Positions 53,452 to 64,000 of a stretch of DNA of 64,000 nucleotides are shown piece after piece (positions within the stretch are counted from its first letter, which is position 1; each line of letters starts with the position of its first letter). Both the position numbers and the translations under genes were made by a program. A model generated the notes under the pieces. That model made no database searches. It was given only the letters and a program-made list of their open reading frames with translations, and had not been told where the DNA came from. The stretch is from Lama guanicoe (taxonomy: Eukaryota): the NCBI GenBank assembly GCA_013239625.1, contig MU054096.1, positions 79,085 to 143,084 on the forward strand, in the 5' to 3' direction.

Positions 53452-53613
53452 CTTGGTAGGAAAATAGCGCTTGGTCTTAAATTGCTTGAGGAATGAAGAC
53501 AGAAAAAATGTTGTGAAAAATAAGATGACACACCAGAACAGCACGTCTGGAATATAAGGTCCGTGGAGACTGCAAGCTGACCCTACGAATGTACCGTGAA
53601 AGGTTTTACACTC
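53452..53613 (-). CDS. SLC4A7: SLC4A7 coding exon: ECKTFHGTFVGSACSLHGPYIPDVLFWCVILFFTTFFLSSFLKQFKTKRYFPTK
   Basis: 162 nt, ttttcag acceptor, gtaacc donor, phase 0/0. Confidence 0.97.
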
Positions 53614-55441
53614 CTGAAAAAAAGGGGAAAAAACAGAAAAACAGGGGCTGAAGGGGATTCTCAGACAGTCGGTAACTTACAAGGGACTTCATTGACTCTT
53701 AAGATGCTAGTGGTCATGAGACACACCACTGTTTTATGTTTCACTTAGAAGAAAAACTCCCCAGTCAACGTTAACACACCATCAATTTTAAGACCCATCC
53801 TGAGTTCAGAGAGGTCACGGTTTGAGAAATATGTGCATCTTAAACACTGAACTGAGACACAGTATTTTTCAAGTTACTACATCGTGTACGTCTTTCCTTC
53901 AACTCCTTATTTCCTTCAGAGAATTATTCAGGATTAAGTCCCCAATATTTGGTTCGCATTCTTGGTCAACAATTTCACTGTCTTTCCTTTACTTCTGAAT
54001 GAGCTGCTTAAAACAAAAGCAATAGACGGAAAAGGACAGACTCTGCCTTTCTCACAATCCTGAACGAGAGATGGTTATCACACTACGTTCAAATCAGTAA
54101 TAAGAAACTGCATTTGGCTTTTCTGACTTTTTTTTCTGACTTTTTGAAGAGATTAAAGCATGGGGACTGTGAGCAGTAATGTGACCACTGAAATAGTATT
54201 TCCACTAACAAAATCAATAATAAAATCAGTAATACAGCGCAATATAATGCAATTATAGAAATATATTGCCTTGATTTTCCTTTGGGGGGACGAATAACTG
54301 AAAGGAAACCAGAGATTAACAAAGGCACGTGCAACTAAAGTCCTTTTTTATATATTCTAATGAGATTCATTTTAAAAGCAGAACAACTGAGGTCGAGTAG
54401 AAGAAAAAGAGTCAGTTTCCATTACTCTCAATTTCTGTGCTGAGACTAGAAATCCTAAACTTTACAACAAGGATTGTGGAAATATAAACTACAGCTACAC
54501 AAAAACTTAACATGACCCTGATGGGTATCAAGAAAACATACTGAACAGATCTGTATAATATACTATTACCTGTTCATCATGAGATGAGCTTTCTTTTTTA
54601 ACAAATCACTTTCACTTGAGCATCCCTATGAACTCCACCTCTTCCATGACAAAAAATGAGTTTTTCAATATAAAACAGTGAAGCGTTACTGGAAGCTGAG
54701 ATCACCGACACACAGTGCCTTAAACCCGCACTGCCCCAGGGCCGTCTGTGGCGATGAAACGTCCTGCACCTGCGCTGCCCGGTGCAGCAGCCCAGCTTTG
54801 TCACCAGAGGGGGCTGAACACTGGGGGCGTGGCTAGTGCAACCGAGAAACTGAACTTTTAATTAACTTTAATTACAGCTAAATAGACACACATGGCCGGC
54901 AACGACGTTTCCTGGATAGCGCAGGTGTAAATTATCATTAAAATTTCAGATGCTACCCCTCCAATTTTATATTTAGGAGCTAACTGTCACCCTGGGAGAG
55001 AAAAGAATGACCTACGATTACTGAGACGATAGAAAAAGCACCAGAGAAGCTCGGGGGACTTGGTTTTAACTGATACTGCCAGCATCACTGGGCATCTTTA
55101 CTTCTAAATCTCAACCTGGGAAGTGTCCAAAACAGGTATCTAGGGCCAGGACGACACTTCCCAACAGGAAACAAAAACATCTATGTAACAGTGCTCGGCA
55201 CACAGCAGGTGCTCACTGTCTGTTTTTCCTTTTTCCTTTCTTTCCTTCAGGGCTTAACTCAGACTAGTCTCTAGGAGGTAAACAGGTTCAATCTGAGCAT
55301 TCACGATCTTCCAAGTGAGCAGGTCACGGAGCAGACAGGCCGGGAAACAGAGGGCAGGACAAGAGGCAACTGTCAACTCCAGTACCTGCAACCACAGGCC
55401 TACGAACCTGTCAATCTAAGCGGAATTAGAAAGCCGAAGCA

Positions 55442-55603
55442 GGGAAGGGGAGGGTATATAGCTCAAGCAGTAGTGCGCATGCTTAGCATGTATGAGGTCC
55501 TGGGTTCAATTCCGGTACCTCCTCTAAAAAAAACCAAACAAATAAACCTAATTACCTCCCCCACCAAAAAAAAAAAAAAAAAAACCAACCAAAAAAACAA
55601 AAC
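55442..55603 (+). mobile_element. Vic-1-like SINE in SLC4A7 intron
   Basis: Head and tail motifs, A-rich tail, approximate TSD aaagccgaagca/aaaccagaagca. Confidence 0.88.
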
Positions 55604-55863
55604 CAGAAGCATATTCACATCTCTTTAATAATTACATCTTGGAAGTCAAATACAGTCCATCTTGATCTCTTCACCAGCTTCACTCTTTTCAGCCTATACA
55701 TTTTAGTACATGGTAAACAAACATGTGTAACTCCTGTGTGGTCCACACAACACCATATTCTGAAAACATACTACATCCGTCCATCAGAAAGAAAATGTAG
55801 GTTTGCTCAGGAAAAGCCAGAGAAGTAGACGACTGTCTGCCCCTCCCCTCCCTCTGTACTCAC

Positions 55864-55969
55864 AGAGACGGTGAGGTTCCCCCAGGGAATGTCGCGTGCC
55901 GTGACGTTCCTCTCCTCCCACACCTTCAGAGTTTCATTGCCAGGGTTAGGAGGCTCCACACAGACACAT
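55864..55969 (-). CDS. SLC4A7: SLC4A7 coding exon (extracellular loop 3): CVCVEPPNPGNETLKVWEERNVTARDIPWGNLTVS
   Basis: 106 nt, tctcag acceptor, gtgagt donor; CxC motif and three N-glycosylation sequons (NET, NVT, NLT). Confidence 0.95.
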
Positions 55970-57775
55970 CTGAGAAATGAGAATTGGATAAAGTTTTAAC
56001 AATTCTGCATTAAAATGTTTATACTTTATTAAATCCATCACACAGTGTGGTAGCTTCTAACTTACGTCCCACTTTGCAGAGCATGGAGGCTAAAAAGTGA
56101 AAACACAGCAGGAAACAATGGAATGGAATAAAGTTTGGCTTCTATAAACAAAACAAAACTAACAGAAACACCGATAAAATGTTTACTTAACGAAGCTGGT
56201 TAAATATATCCCTTGGGGGAGTACTTTTTTAAAAAAAAAAATCGGAGAAGACACCACCACGTTTAACAAGGTCGGTGTCCACTAAATCTTTCCCACTTAG
56301 GACCAGAGAAGCCGCTGCCACACCCCCGTCCGCACACACACACAACGCGCACTGGTTCCCACCATGAGTTATACTCAGTTAAGTCTAGCCCTGTCTATAC
56401 AGGCTCATCCTAAGGTTCATTCTTAAAGCGATAAGTAAAGCCTAGTTTTTCAGGACAGGACTAGGAGAGTCGAGGCACTCGGAGTCCAGTTCACATCCAG
56501 AACCATCTCACCTGCACAAAAGAGCTAGAAACGTACATATAAGCAAAGAAATCTCTAAATGTGCATTTGAAAAATGAAAAGAAGAAACAAAGAGGAATAC
56601 CCTCAATTGAATTACGAGCTGTTTGAGAAAAGACAGGAGGCTGGACTTTGGATTCAACCGAGGCTCTGTCATTTAGCAGCTGCTTGACCTTACAAGCCTC
56701 CGTTCCTTCGTACCCAAGTGGGGATCTGATATCAATGACTAATGCTATCACATGAACCACGTGGCACTCCTAACACAGTGCCTGCGGGGCTCACAGAACA
56801 TCCATGTAATCACTCAGCTAATCAGAAGGAAACACTGCTCTAACTGCCTGGCACTAGCTATAAAAACCATGCTTCTTAAAAGTCAAAGGTGCAGGGAAAG
56901 AGAGAAGACAAAAAATTAACTAGTTTAAGAGCAAAGGAGATAATATAAGACTGATCTGGCATCAAGGTGGCACTGTATTTTCAAATAGGTCAATGTTTCC
57001 TATCCCTCCCTGCTCTGTCCATCAAAGTTGAGAGGAAGGCAAGGAGAGGAAGGAGGAGAAGCAGGAAGGGAGGGGAGGGGCCAGGGACTCGGGGTTACGT
57101 GGTGGAAGGGGGGTTTTGGTAACCACATTTCACCACGGAGGTTATTCAAACGCAGGATCAGATTTATACCAGGCATGCTGAAGACAGCAAATACAGCCAT
57201 CTACCCAGACATGTCTAACTTTAATAACCTTTTTGATGTTTAAATGTATTTGCCAACCCTTTGTAAACATTATAATTACTCTTCAAATCCAATTTTATTC
57301 GAGGCTCTTAAATTATTTTCATTTCATGCTTTCCTTATCAGAAAGAAAACAACGCACTAAACAGCATACAACAGTGTCCTGATACTCTACTTTGAAATAA
57401 CTTCCAATAAAAATGATCAGGCTTCCAAAAGGTGAATGAAAAGGCAAAACATGAGGAATATATAAATATATGGTGGTTAGCAGCCAAACAACTGAATTTC
57501 AATTGGCTAATCCGATTCAAAAGTAAGACCAAAAATACGCGTACTTAAATAGTTTGTTCTGGTGAATAAAAATGACTGAATTCGACTGGATTTATGTCCA
57601 GTGAGTGCTCTGATAGCTCTCATCTGTAACAGAGAAGTCAACCTCTGTGTGGCTGGCTGGGTAGTCAGAGCCAGGTACACGGCGGGCATCACACTGCAAA
57701 ACAAATCTATTTTCTTTTGCTCAGGTATCTCCGTGAAAAACACACTTTAATGTTAGGGAAGACAGAAACACTTAC

Positions 57776-58021
57776 GAGTAGCTGGTCAGTTCATCTAAAT
57801 TGTTGTTCATATTAAATGCATATATTTCTCCTAAATGAAAGAGCTTCTCCAAAGCCTCGTAGATGAATATGATGCAAATGAGGGCTGCGAAGGCCTCCTC
57901 TGTGAAGCGGGTGATGTAACACACAAGGCTGCTCGCATCTGTCGCAACCAAAACGATGCACAGAAAAGAAGTCCACAGACCGATACTGGTTCTCAGGGAC
58001 AGATAGGAAAGGTGATAATCT
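57776..58021 (-). CDS. SLC4A7: SLC4A7 coding exon: DYHLSYLSLRTSIGLW...YITRFTEEAFAALICIIFIYEALEKL...DELTSY(S)
   Basis: 246 nt, AG acceptor, gtaagt donor; conserved TRFTEE motif; overlaps ORF 57772..58119. Confidence 0.97.
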
Positions 58022-59039
58022 CTGTTTAGAGACAGAAAGGTGGACGTGATCAGCATACACTGCCAAATGGTGCTGGTACTTAAAATTTTCATAACGAGCT
58101 TCCTGTTAGTAGACTTCATGGTTATATTTTACTTCTGTAAGAGATTTTCAGTGAAAAATTTACTAAGCAATAAATAGTTCAAAAACAAAGACCTCACTTC
58201 AGCAATCAGTTATCAGCAGAAAATGACAGATAAGCAGCCCGCGGAACAAGTGGAACCAGACGCCCCCATGTCAACATGGTGACCTGCCCCACCGGCCGTG
58301 CCTTCACCACTAGCATCACCACAGGCAGTGACTTCATTTTCCAGTTCAACCTCGAACAGGAAATCACCACCATGGAGCCTAAAACGCTTCGAGCCACTGC
58401 ATTCTCTGTTCATCTGCGTATTGTGCCAGGTCGGAGTCAGAATCAGCGTGTTCGGTAAAGAAGGGATCCCAACGGGAGGAGTTAGAGGACTCACACATTT
58501 AGGAGCATCGGGCTGCTTCAGGCTAAAGTTCTCAACTGCATCTGTCTCACGGAAGGAACGGCCCTGCCCCGTCCGACTCCGCGGCTCCTCGCTGCAGTGG
58601 CTGCCCTGAGTCCCACACTGCGAGCAGCCCCCAACCCCGGGGAAACCGACACGACCTTCTGGCTGCTGCCTGACTCGCACCTCTTCCTGAACTTCCCTCA
58701 TGGGACCAACATAGCATCTAAGGAACAACTGAGATTAACACCTTCTTACTGGGTTGAAATTTGCTAATAACACAAGGGGTTTTTACTGCTCCTCAAGTGA
58801 TTAGCTTATCCGCAGTCAGGTCCTTTGACTTTACACTCAAGGTGGCTAGGGCAGGGCTGACAGCAGGGCCAGAGTGGGCCTGACCACACAGCAGCCCAGA
58901 AATATTGAAAATGTGTACACTGATCAGATCCTCTTTTCCGGCTGTTAAATAAATAATGCACTTTTAAGTAAAGTTAATAAACAACAATGTATAACTATAC
59001 ACGTAAGTAAACACATGTGACAAGTAGATCATTACATAC

Positions 59040-59173
59040 CTGCAGAACTTAAATAAAATTTTTTCAAACACTAAAACAGGACCTGTGCTCCCCAATATTG
59101 TTAGAGGTTGCCCAGCAAACAGCGAATAGGCAATCCCAGTTAACGATGCTCCAAAAAGAGACTCTATTGCACT
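59040..59173 (-). CDS. SLC4A7: SLC4A7 coding exon: SAIESLFGASLTGIAYSLFAGQPLTILGSTGPVLVFEKILFKFC(R)
   Basis: 134 nt, aaacag acceptor, gtatgt donor; SLC4 signature FAGQPLTILGSTGP; in phase with neighbours. Confidence 0.97.
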
Positions 59174-59661
59174 CTGTTTAAGGAAAAAAGAAACGAATAA
59201 AAGTAATGCATCATAAACACGTCTCTAACCCACTGTAACACACATTAGACATCTGGAAAATAAAAACATTGATCAAGTAGTTAAAAACATAAAGCAAACA
59301 CAGCTTTGCGTCTCAGATCTAAATTATAAATATGGAAAATGATAAATATACTTAAATACATAGGGAAAATTGTTTTCGTTTAGCCATTTTAAAGGTGAAC
59401 TTTTACAGTCAACACTGATTTAATATTCAGTGCTGTGGGAGGCAGGGGGGAGGGGTAAGTGAAAAAGGGACAGAGAGGCTCCAACCTGATTTATACATTT
59501 TATTTCTTAAGCCTGTGGTGAGTACAAAGAGGCATACGTTATTTTGAATTTTTTTACATGTCTGAAATAGTTCATTTAAGAAAATAAAAAACATTAAATA
59601 CTCGATGTGGTGTGCTACCAAAAGAGATTCCTTCAAACAGAAAAATTAAAAAGGAGCATAA

Positions 59662-59920
59662 GAGGGGAAGAGGGTGGGAAGAGAGAAACTGGGAGTTTGA
59701 GATTTGCAGATACTAACATATATAAAATAGATAAACAAGTTCATACTGTATAGCACAGGGAACTACATTCAGTGTCTTGAGGCGACTTGTGGTGAATGAG
59801 AACATGAAAACGAATATACGTATGTGCCTGAATGACTGAAGCACTGTGCTGTGCACCAGAAATGGACGCAACATTATAAACTGACTAGACTTCAACAAAT
59901 ACATACATATGAGAAAAAAA
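59662..59920 (+). mobile_element. 5'-truncated L1 3'UTR fragment
   Basis: Homologous to ~3100-3350 (gggaactata/acattca, aaaacgaatata, tgactgaagca...). Confidence 0.85.
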
Positions 59921-60722
59921 CCTAGCACAAGATCCTATCACTCTCAAATTGATTTCTAAAATGCAATTTCCCCACACTTTGAAGAAATTAATCTCATCTG
60001 AAGGCTTAACCAATAAATATCAAAACTGAACTGCTTAATATAGATAAACAGATGTTTTTAAATCTCGTTAAAAAATTCATGGCAACCATAAATGAGGAAA
60101 TATTATTAAGTTTGGTAAGAAAGAGACAAAATGAAAGAATCGGAGAAATCTCACATCAAAGCTAGGAGACTGATTTTGTTTCACCAACATTACAATCTAA
60201 CTGATTAGGTCACTGGTGGGTAAGGCCTACAGGATACGCCACAAGACAGAGAGGGGAGGGGATCAGAAAGGAAAGGAAAGAAAGGTTTGCCGGCTCGCAC
60301 ACATCGCGGTCCCCGGGAAAGCACGGCTAAGACAGGAAGAGCCTCCGACCAGCAAAGGCAAGGAAGTGAAGCCTGTGCGAAACTCCCTCCTGGAACCGGG
60401 AGGCAGCGGGCAGCAGGCCCCGAGCAGGGCTGCCGTGGAAGACTGGTCCCCACTGGGCGCTCAGCCTCGGCCGCATCTCACACTTGTGCAGCCAGCTTCG
60501 CTCACTGGTCAGTGGGGGTGCCGACAGCCAGGAGGACCTAAGGAAGCGGTGCTCCAGGAAACTCCCAGCGAGCACGCTGGCTGGCGCGTGGAACGCACTC
60601 AGTAAATGGGAGCAGTTCTCATCATCGGTAAACACAGCCTCTTCCAAAATCAAAACTACAACATGAAAATAGTGTGTAGTAAGCAGATCCTGACCTATTA
60701 GTATTAAAAGAGGATCAAACCT

Positions 60723-60842
60723 GGGAGAAGGGTATAGCTCATGTGGTAGAGCGCATGCTTAGCATGCACAGGGTCCTAGGTTCAATCCCCAGTACCTCCT
60801 CCAAAAGTAAAGAAATAAATCAACCTAATTACCACCCCCCTC
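60723..60842 (+). mobile_element. Vic-1-like SINE
   Basis: gggtatagctcatgtggtagagcgcatgcttagcatgcac...ggttcaatccccagtacctcc plus tail. Confidence 0.88.
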
Positions 60843-62312
60843 AAGATAGAGGCTCAAACCCACATCCAAACCTGACTTTTGGCAAAATAAAGAGAGGTCC
60901 TTGTTAACAATATATTTATTAAACTGTATGAGATAGATTTGTTTTCTTGCCCACTGACAAACAACGGTTTGTCTTAGATGACACTGCTATTAATAAAATC
61001 CTTAGTTCATTTACCATATGGATATTTAGAAATGAATTTAGGCAGAGCTCCAATCAAAGGGGACAAAAATGTCTAAATGGCAACTAAAAAGAGAATGCAA
61101 AAACTTGAGAAGAAAAATAAGGAGATGGCAAGTTGAGAAATGTTAACGAGGCGGGGCGGAGAGAAGGGCGCACAATTGTGGTTTCCCTCCCTGGTGCTGT
61201 GTTGAAAAAGCAGAAAAGTGCCAGATGAAGACCTTTCTTTGACCACTTCACCAACCCCTTATGGCCACATTTACTAGTTCCTTTACCCAGATCTATTTTC
61301 CCCCAGTTTTTAAACTGTTTCTATGTTCATTCTCAAACTGAAACATGTCTTTCCGCAAAGGAACCACAGCCGCACTGCACTGCCTTCCCTAACCCACCTT
61401 TACCCATCAGGGGCTCGGCACTTGAGTACCCCTTGCTCCTCTAAACTTCTGTCCTGCTTTTTGCAAAATGACATCACCCTGACTCCTCTTTCTGACCTCT
61501 GCCTGCGCCCAGGTCTAATCTGCTAGACCATTTTCCTCCTCATTCTCACCTTTCCTCTGTTCCATGAATGGGGGCAACTTTCCACTTCTGTCCTTTCCTT
61601 TTCTCCCGATGAACTATCTCCCTTGTTCAAACCTCCTCTATTCTCAGTTTCAACCCTCACTGGTCCATGGAACATTTCCAATCTTTGTATTTCCTCCTTA
61701 CCAGTCTACAGGTGGCACCTAACGCCGCCATTTCTGCTCAAGTTCCAATAAAGCATCTGAAAATAAACCCATCCCCTCCATACCACCTCCCTCCACAATG
61801 CTTCTGATTTTTCTACATCTATTATTTCAACTCCTACAGCTCTTCCTTTCTCTCACTCATATGTGGCCCCAGACACCGTGACTGCATGTATACTATCTCA
61901 CCTTTTCCTCTTAGGTTAGGACCATGAGGATGGAAGAGACAAGCCCGTGTCTAGCCCTTGTCTAATGTTCCTCCAGTACGTAAAGCTCTGCTGGTGCATG
62001 TGGCATTAACCAGCAGGATGAGACGGGCAGTGAGTGACAGCCCAAGAGGAAAGAAGTATTCACACGGTGGTAACAGGTAAGGCAAGTCTCCTCAGGGACC
62101 AGCAGAGTCACAGGTACAACAAGGGACAGGACTTAAAGCAACTTACTAAAAGCACGTATCATCGATACAAGGATGACAGATTAAGGCAAAGAATCTCAAT
62201 AATCAAAAATAAAGTGAGTTGAAAGGAAATTTCAGATGTCAGTTTATCTCATGTTCAGCTTACGAAATACTTTATTTGAACAATGGTTACTACCTAGGTT
62301 TGGCTGGTTTTG

Positions 62313-62436
62313 AAAAATAAATTTTCTACTAAGTGTCAATATCATTAAACAATAGAAATAAATTCTCTACAAAGAGTCAATGTCATTAAACAATAAAAAT
62401 AAAATTTCTACAAAGAGTAAACATCATTAAACAAAA
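62313..62436. repeat. 41-bp tandem repeat, ~3 copies
   Basis: tcattaaac recurs at 62342, 62383 and 62424. Confidence 0.85.
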
Positions 62437-62980
62437 TACACTTGAGAATCACAAATCATCTCATTTAAATGCCACTAAAATGCATATAAAAAACAACAAA
62501 AAAGCCTCCAAATTTTACAAAGCACTGGAGACTCTGTTCGGTGATTACGCCTCCCCCGGGCCCTAATGCAGAACCACCAAGAAGAAATAAACATTAAAAT
62601 TTCATTTTAGTCATATCACAATACAGATGCAGTTTTCAGTTGTATCTTCCAATTAACGCTTTCGCAACTTTCACACAAATTTAGTAACAGCACAATTAGG
62701 GTAAACACCACTTCAGAAATCCACCATTTGTCCACAATTATGCTCCCCTCTTCCAAAAGTCCAGCCCGGTGGACCTGCCAGGGCTGCTGAGTTAATGTCA
62801 ATGACACGGCTCTGACAATACTATGACACCTGAAAGGGTACAAAGTCGTCCCGCTGATACATTCTCCCTCCCATGACCCACCCAGAATCAGTTCACATGG
62901 TCCGTCCTCCCCCTCCCCCAAAGATAATACAAGTTTTTACTCAATTTATAAAACCATTCATCCAGCAAGCCATAGCAAAC

Positions 62981-63067
62981 TTTTTTTCTTTCTTTCTTTC
63001 TTTTTTTTCTTTTTTCTTTTTTTTTTTTTTTCTTTTCTTTTTTTTTTTTTTCTTTTTTTTTTTTTTT
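62981..63067. repeat. T-rich low-complexity tract (A-rich on the SLC4A7 sense strand)
   Basis: Directly visible. Confidence 0.95.
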
Positions 63068-63270
63068 CCCTCAACTGTGCATCTTCTCCTGTTCAAATGG
63101 CTTCCCCATGTTTCCCATAGCAATTAGCTTCGGGGGAAGTCTGCTTTGGGACAGGTTAATCATGCTGGGGGTGGATTCTTGGAATAAAAGAATGCAGAGC
63201 GAGACAAATGCACACAGACACTTGCCTCTGAAGAGCTAAGCGCCTGGCCACTACCAATCTTTGTACTCAC

Positions 63271-63445
63271 TATTCTGCCTTCTGTAGCTTCTCCAAGCAG
63301 CCCTCCAAAAGTGATTACAGGAGACATACAGGCACAGTATAGGAAAAGAATCGAGGCCAGGCACTGCAGACTTAATGCATCCTTGAAGTCACTCAAGAAA
63401 AAAGGTGCTTTCCTTTTGATGTCAAGTATCAAACCACCAAAAAGC
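63271..63445 (-). CDS. SLC4A7: SLC4A7 coding exon (~exon 13; end of N-terminal domain and TM1): (R)[58 protein letters not shown]
   Basis: 175 nt, tttag acceptor and gtgagt donor; translation matches recalled NBCn1. Upstream exons lie outside the window. Confidence 0.97.
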
Positions 63446-64000
63446 CTAAATAGGTGAGATGAAACTCGTCAAACTGTACACTAGAGGATTCTGGCAGGTT
63501 CACACTAAAACTATGGGCTACATAAAACCGCTGGTGTCTAGTGTTTTGCCAACAAAAATTAATATTCTATGTAAATAATGGTATAAATTATAGAAGATAC
63601 ACTCATTTAATCTAATCCACTCGTAGTGGAAAGGTAAATCTCATTAAGTTAAAAGAAACACAAACATCTGTATCTTACGGACTATATACTGAAAAAACTG
63701 CAGGCAAATGATTTTATATGAGTAAATGTAATTTCAAACACAAATGTGCAAGGAAATGTACAATCAAAATAAACAAAACTTAACAGCCCATTCACGAAAA
63801 TGTACGCAAACAATTCTATCAATTATTATCTACATTATAAATCTTAAAGACAACGGTCAGAAATACCAGGAATACAATTATAATATAAACCATAAGTCCT
63901 CAAATGCCCTCTTATATGAATCTAGTATGCTATGCTTAGGCACACTCAGCAGTGAATTAACTAATTTTAATTGGTTTTAAAATTAGTATTTCAGGCACAT

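Noticed and set aside
58206..58728. Overlapping ORFs suggesting a retrocopy in a SLC4A7 intron
   Set aside because: No recognisable parent protein, poly(A) tail or TSD.
62313..62436. CRISPR-like periodic array
   Set aside because: No unique spacers, and the context is eukaryotic; it is a simple tandem repeat.
62873..63127. Poly-Lys / poly-Phe ORFs
   Set aside because: Translation of the T-rich low-complexity tract.

Overview
Mammalian genomic DNA, very probably camelid (camel/alpaca), judged from abundant tRNA-Ala-derived Vic-1-type SINEs and a matching young L1 3' end. It holds two tandem minus-strand genes in the arrangement known from human 3p24. The first is the 3' half of SLC4A7 (NBCn1 Na+/HCO3- cotransporter): 14 coding exons from 63445 to the stop at 33697, with frame-consistent junctions, one GC-AG intron, a C-terminal ETSL PDZ motif and a ~4 kb 3'UTR. 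About 3 kb further on is the 5' end of NEK10: a CpG-island promoter with an RFX X-box and two CCAAT boxes, a non-coding exon 1, and coding exons at 12694-12764 and 12373-12433. The rest is intronic or intergenic repeat DNA: a degenerate near full-length L1 with nested insertions, solo LTRs, SINEs and DNA-transposon relics. Most ORFs in the supplied track are spurious. I found no new multi-gene system. The best leads are a candidate 6-nt in-frame SLC4A7 microexon behind a ~126-nt AG-exclusion zone, an L1 3'-transduction with TSDs, a SINE/tRNA-Glu 5'-half chimera, an X-box-bearing solo LTR and a second GC-box CpG island in NEK10 intron 1, and a 36-codon intron read-through tail of SLC4A7. Gene identities, repeat families and exon numbers come from recalled sequence knowledge, not a database search.
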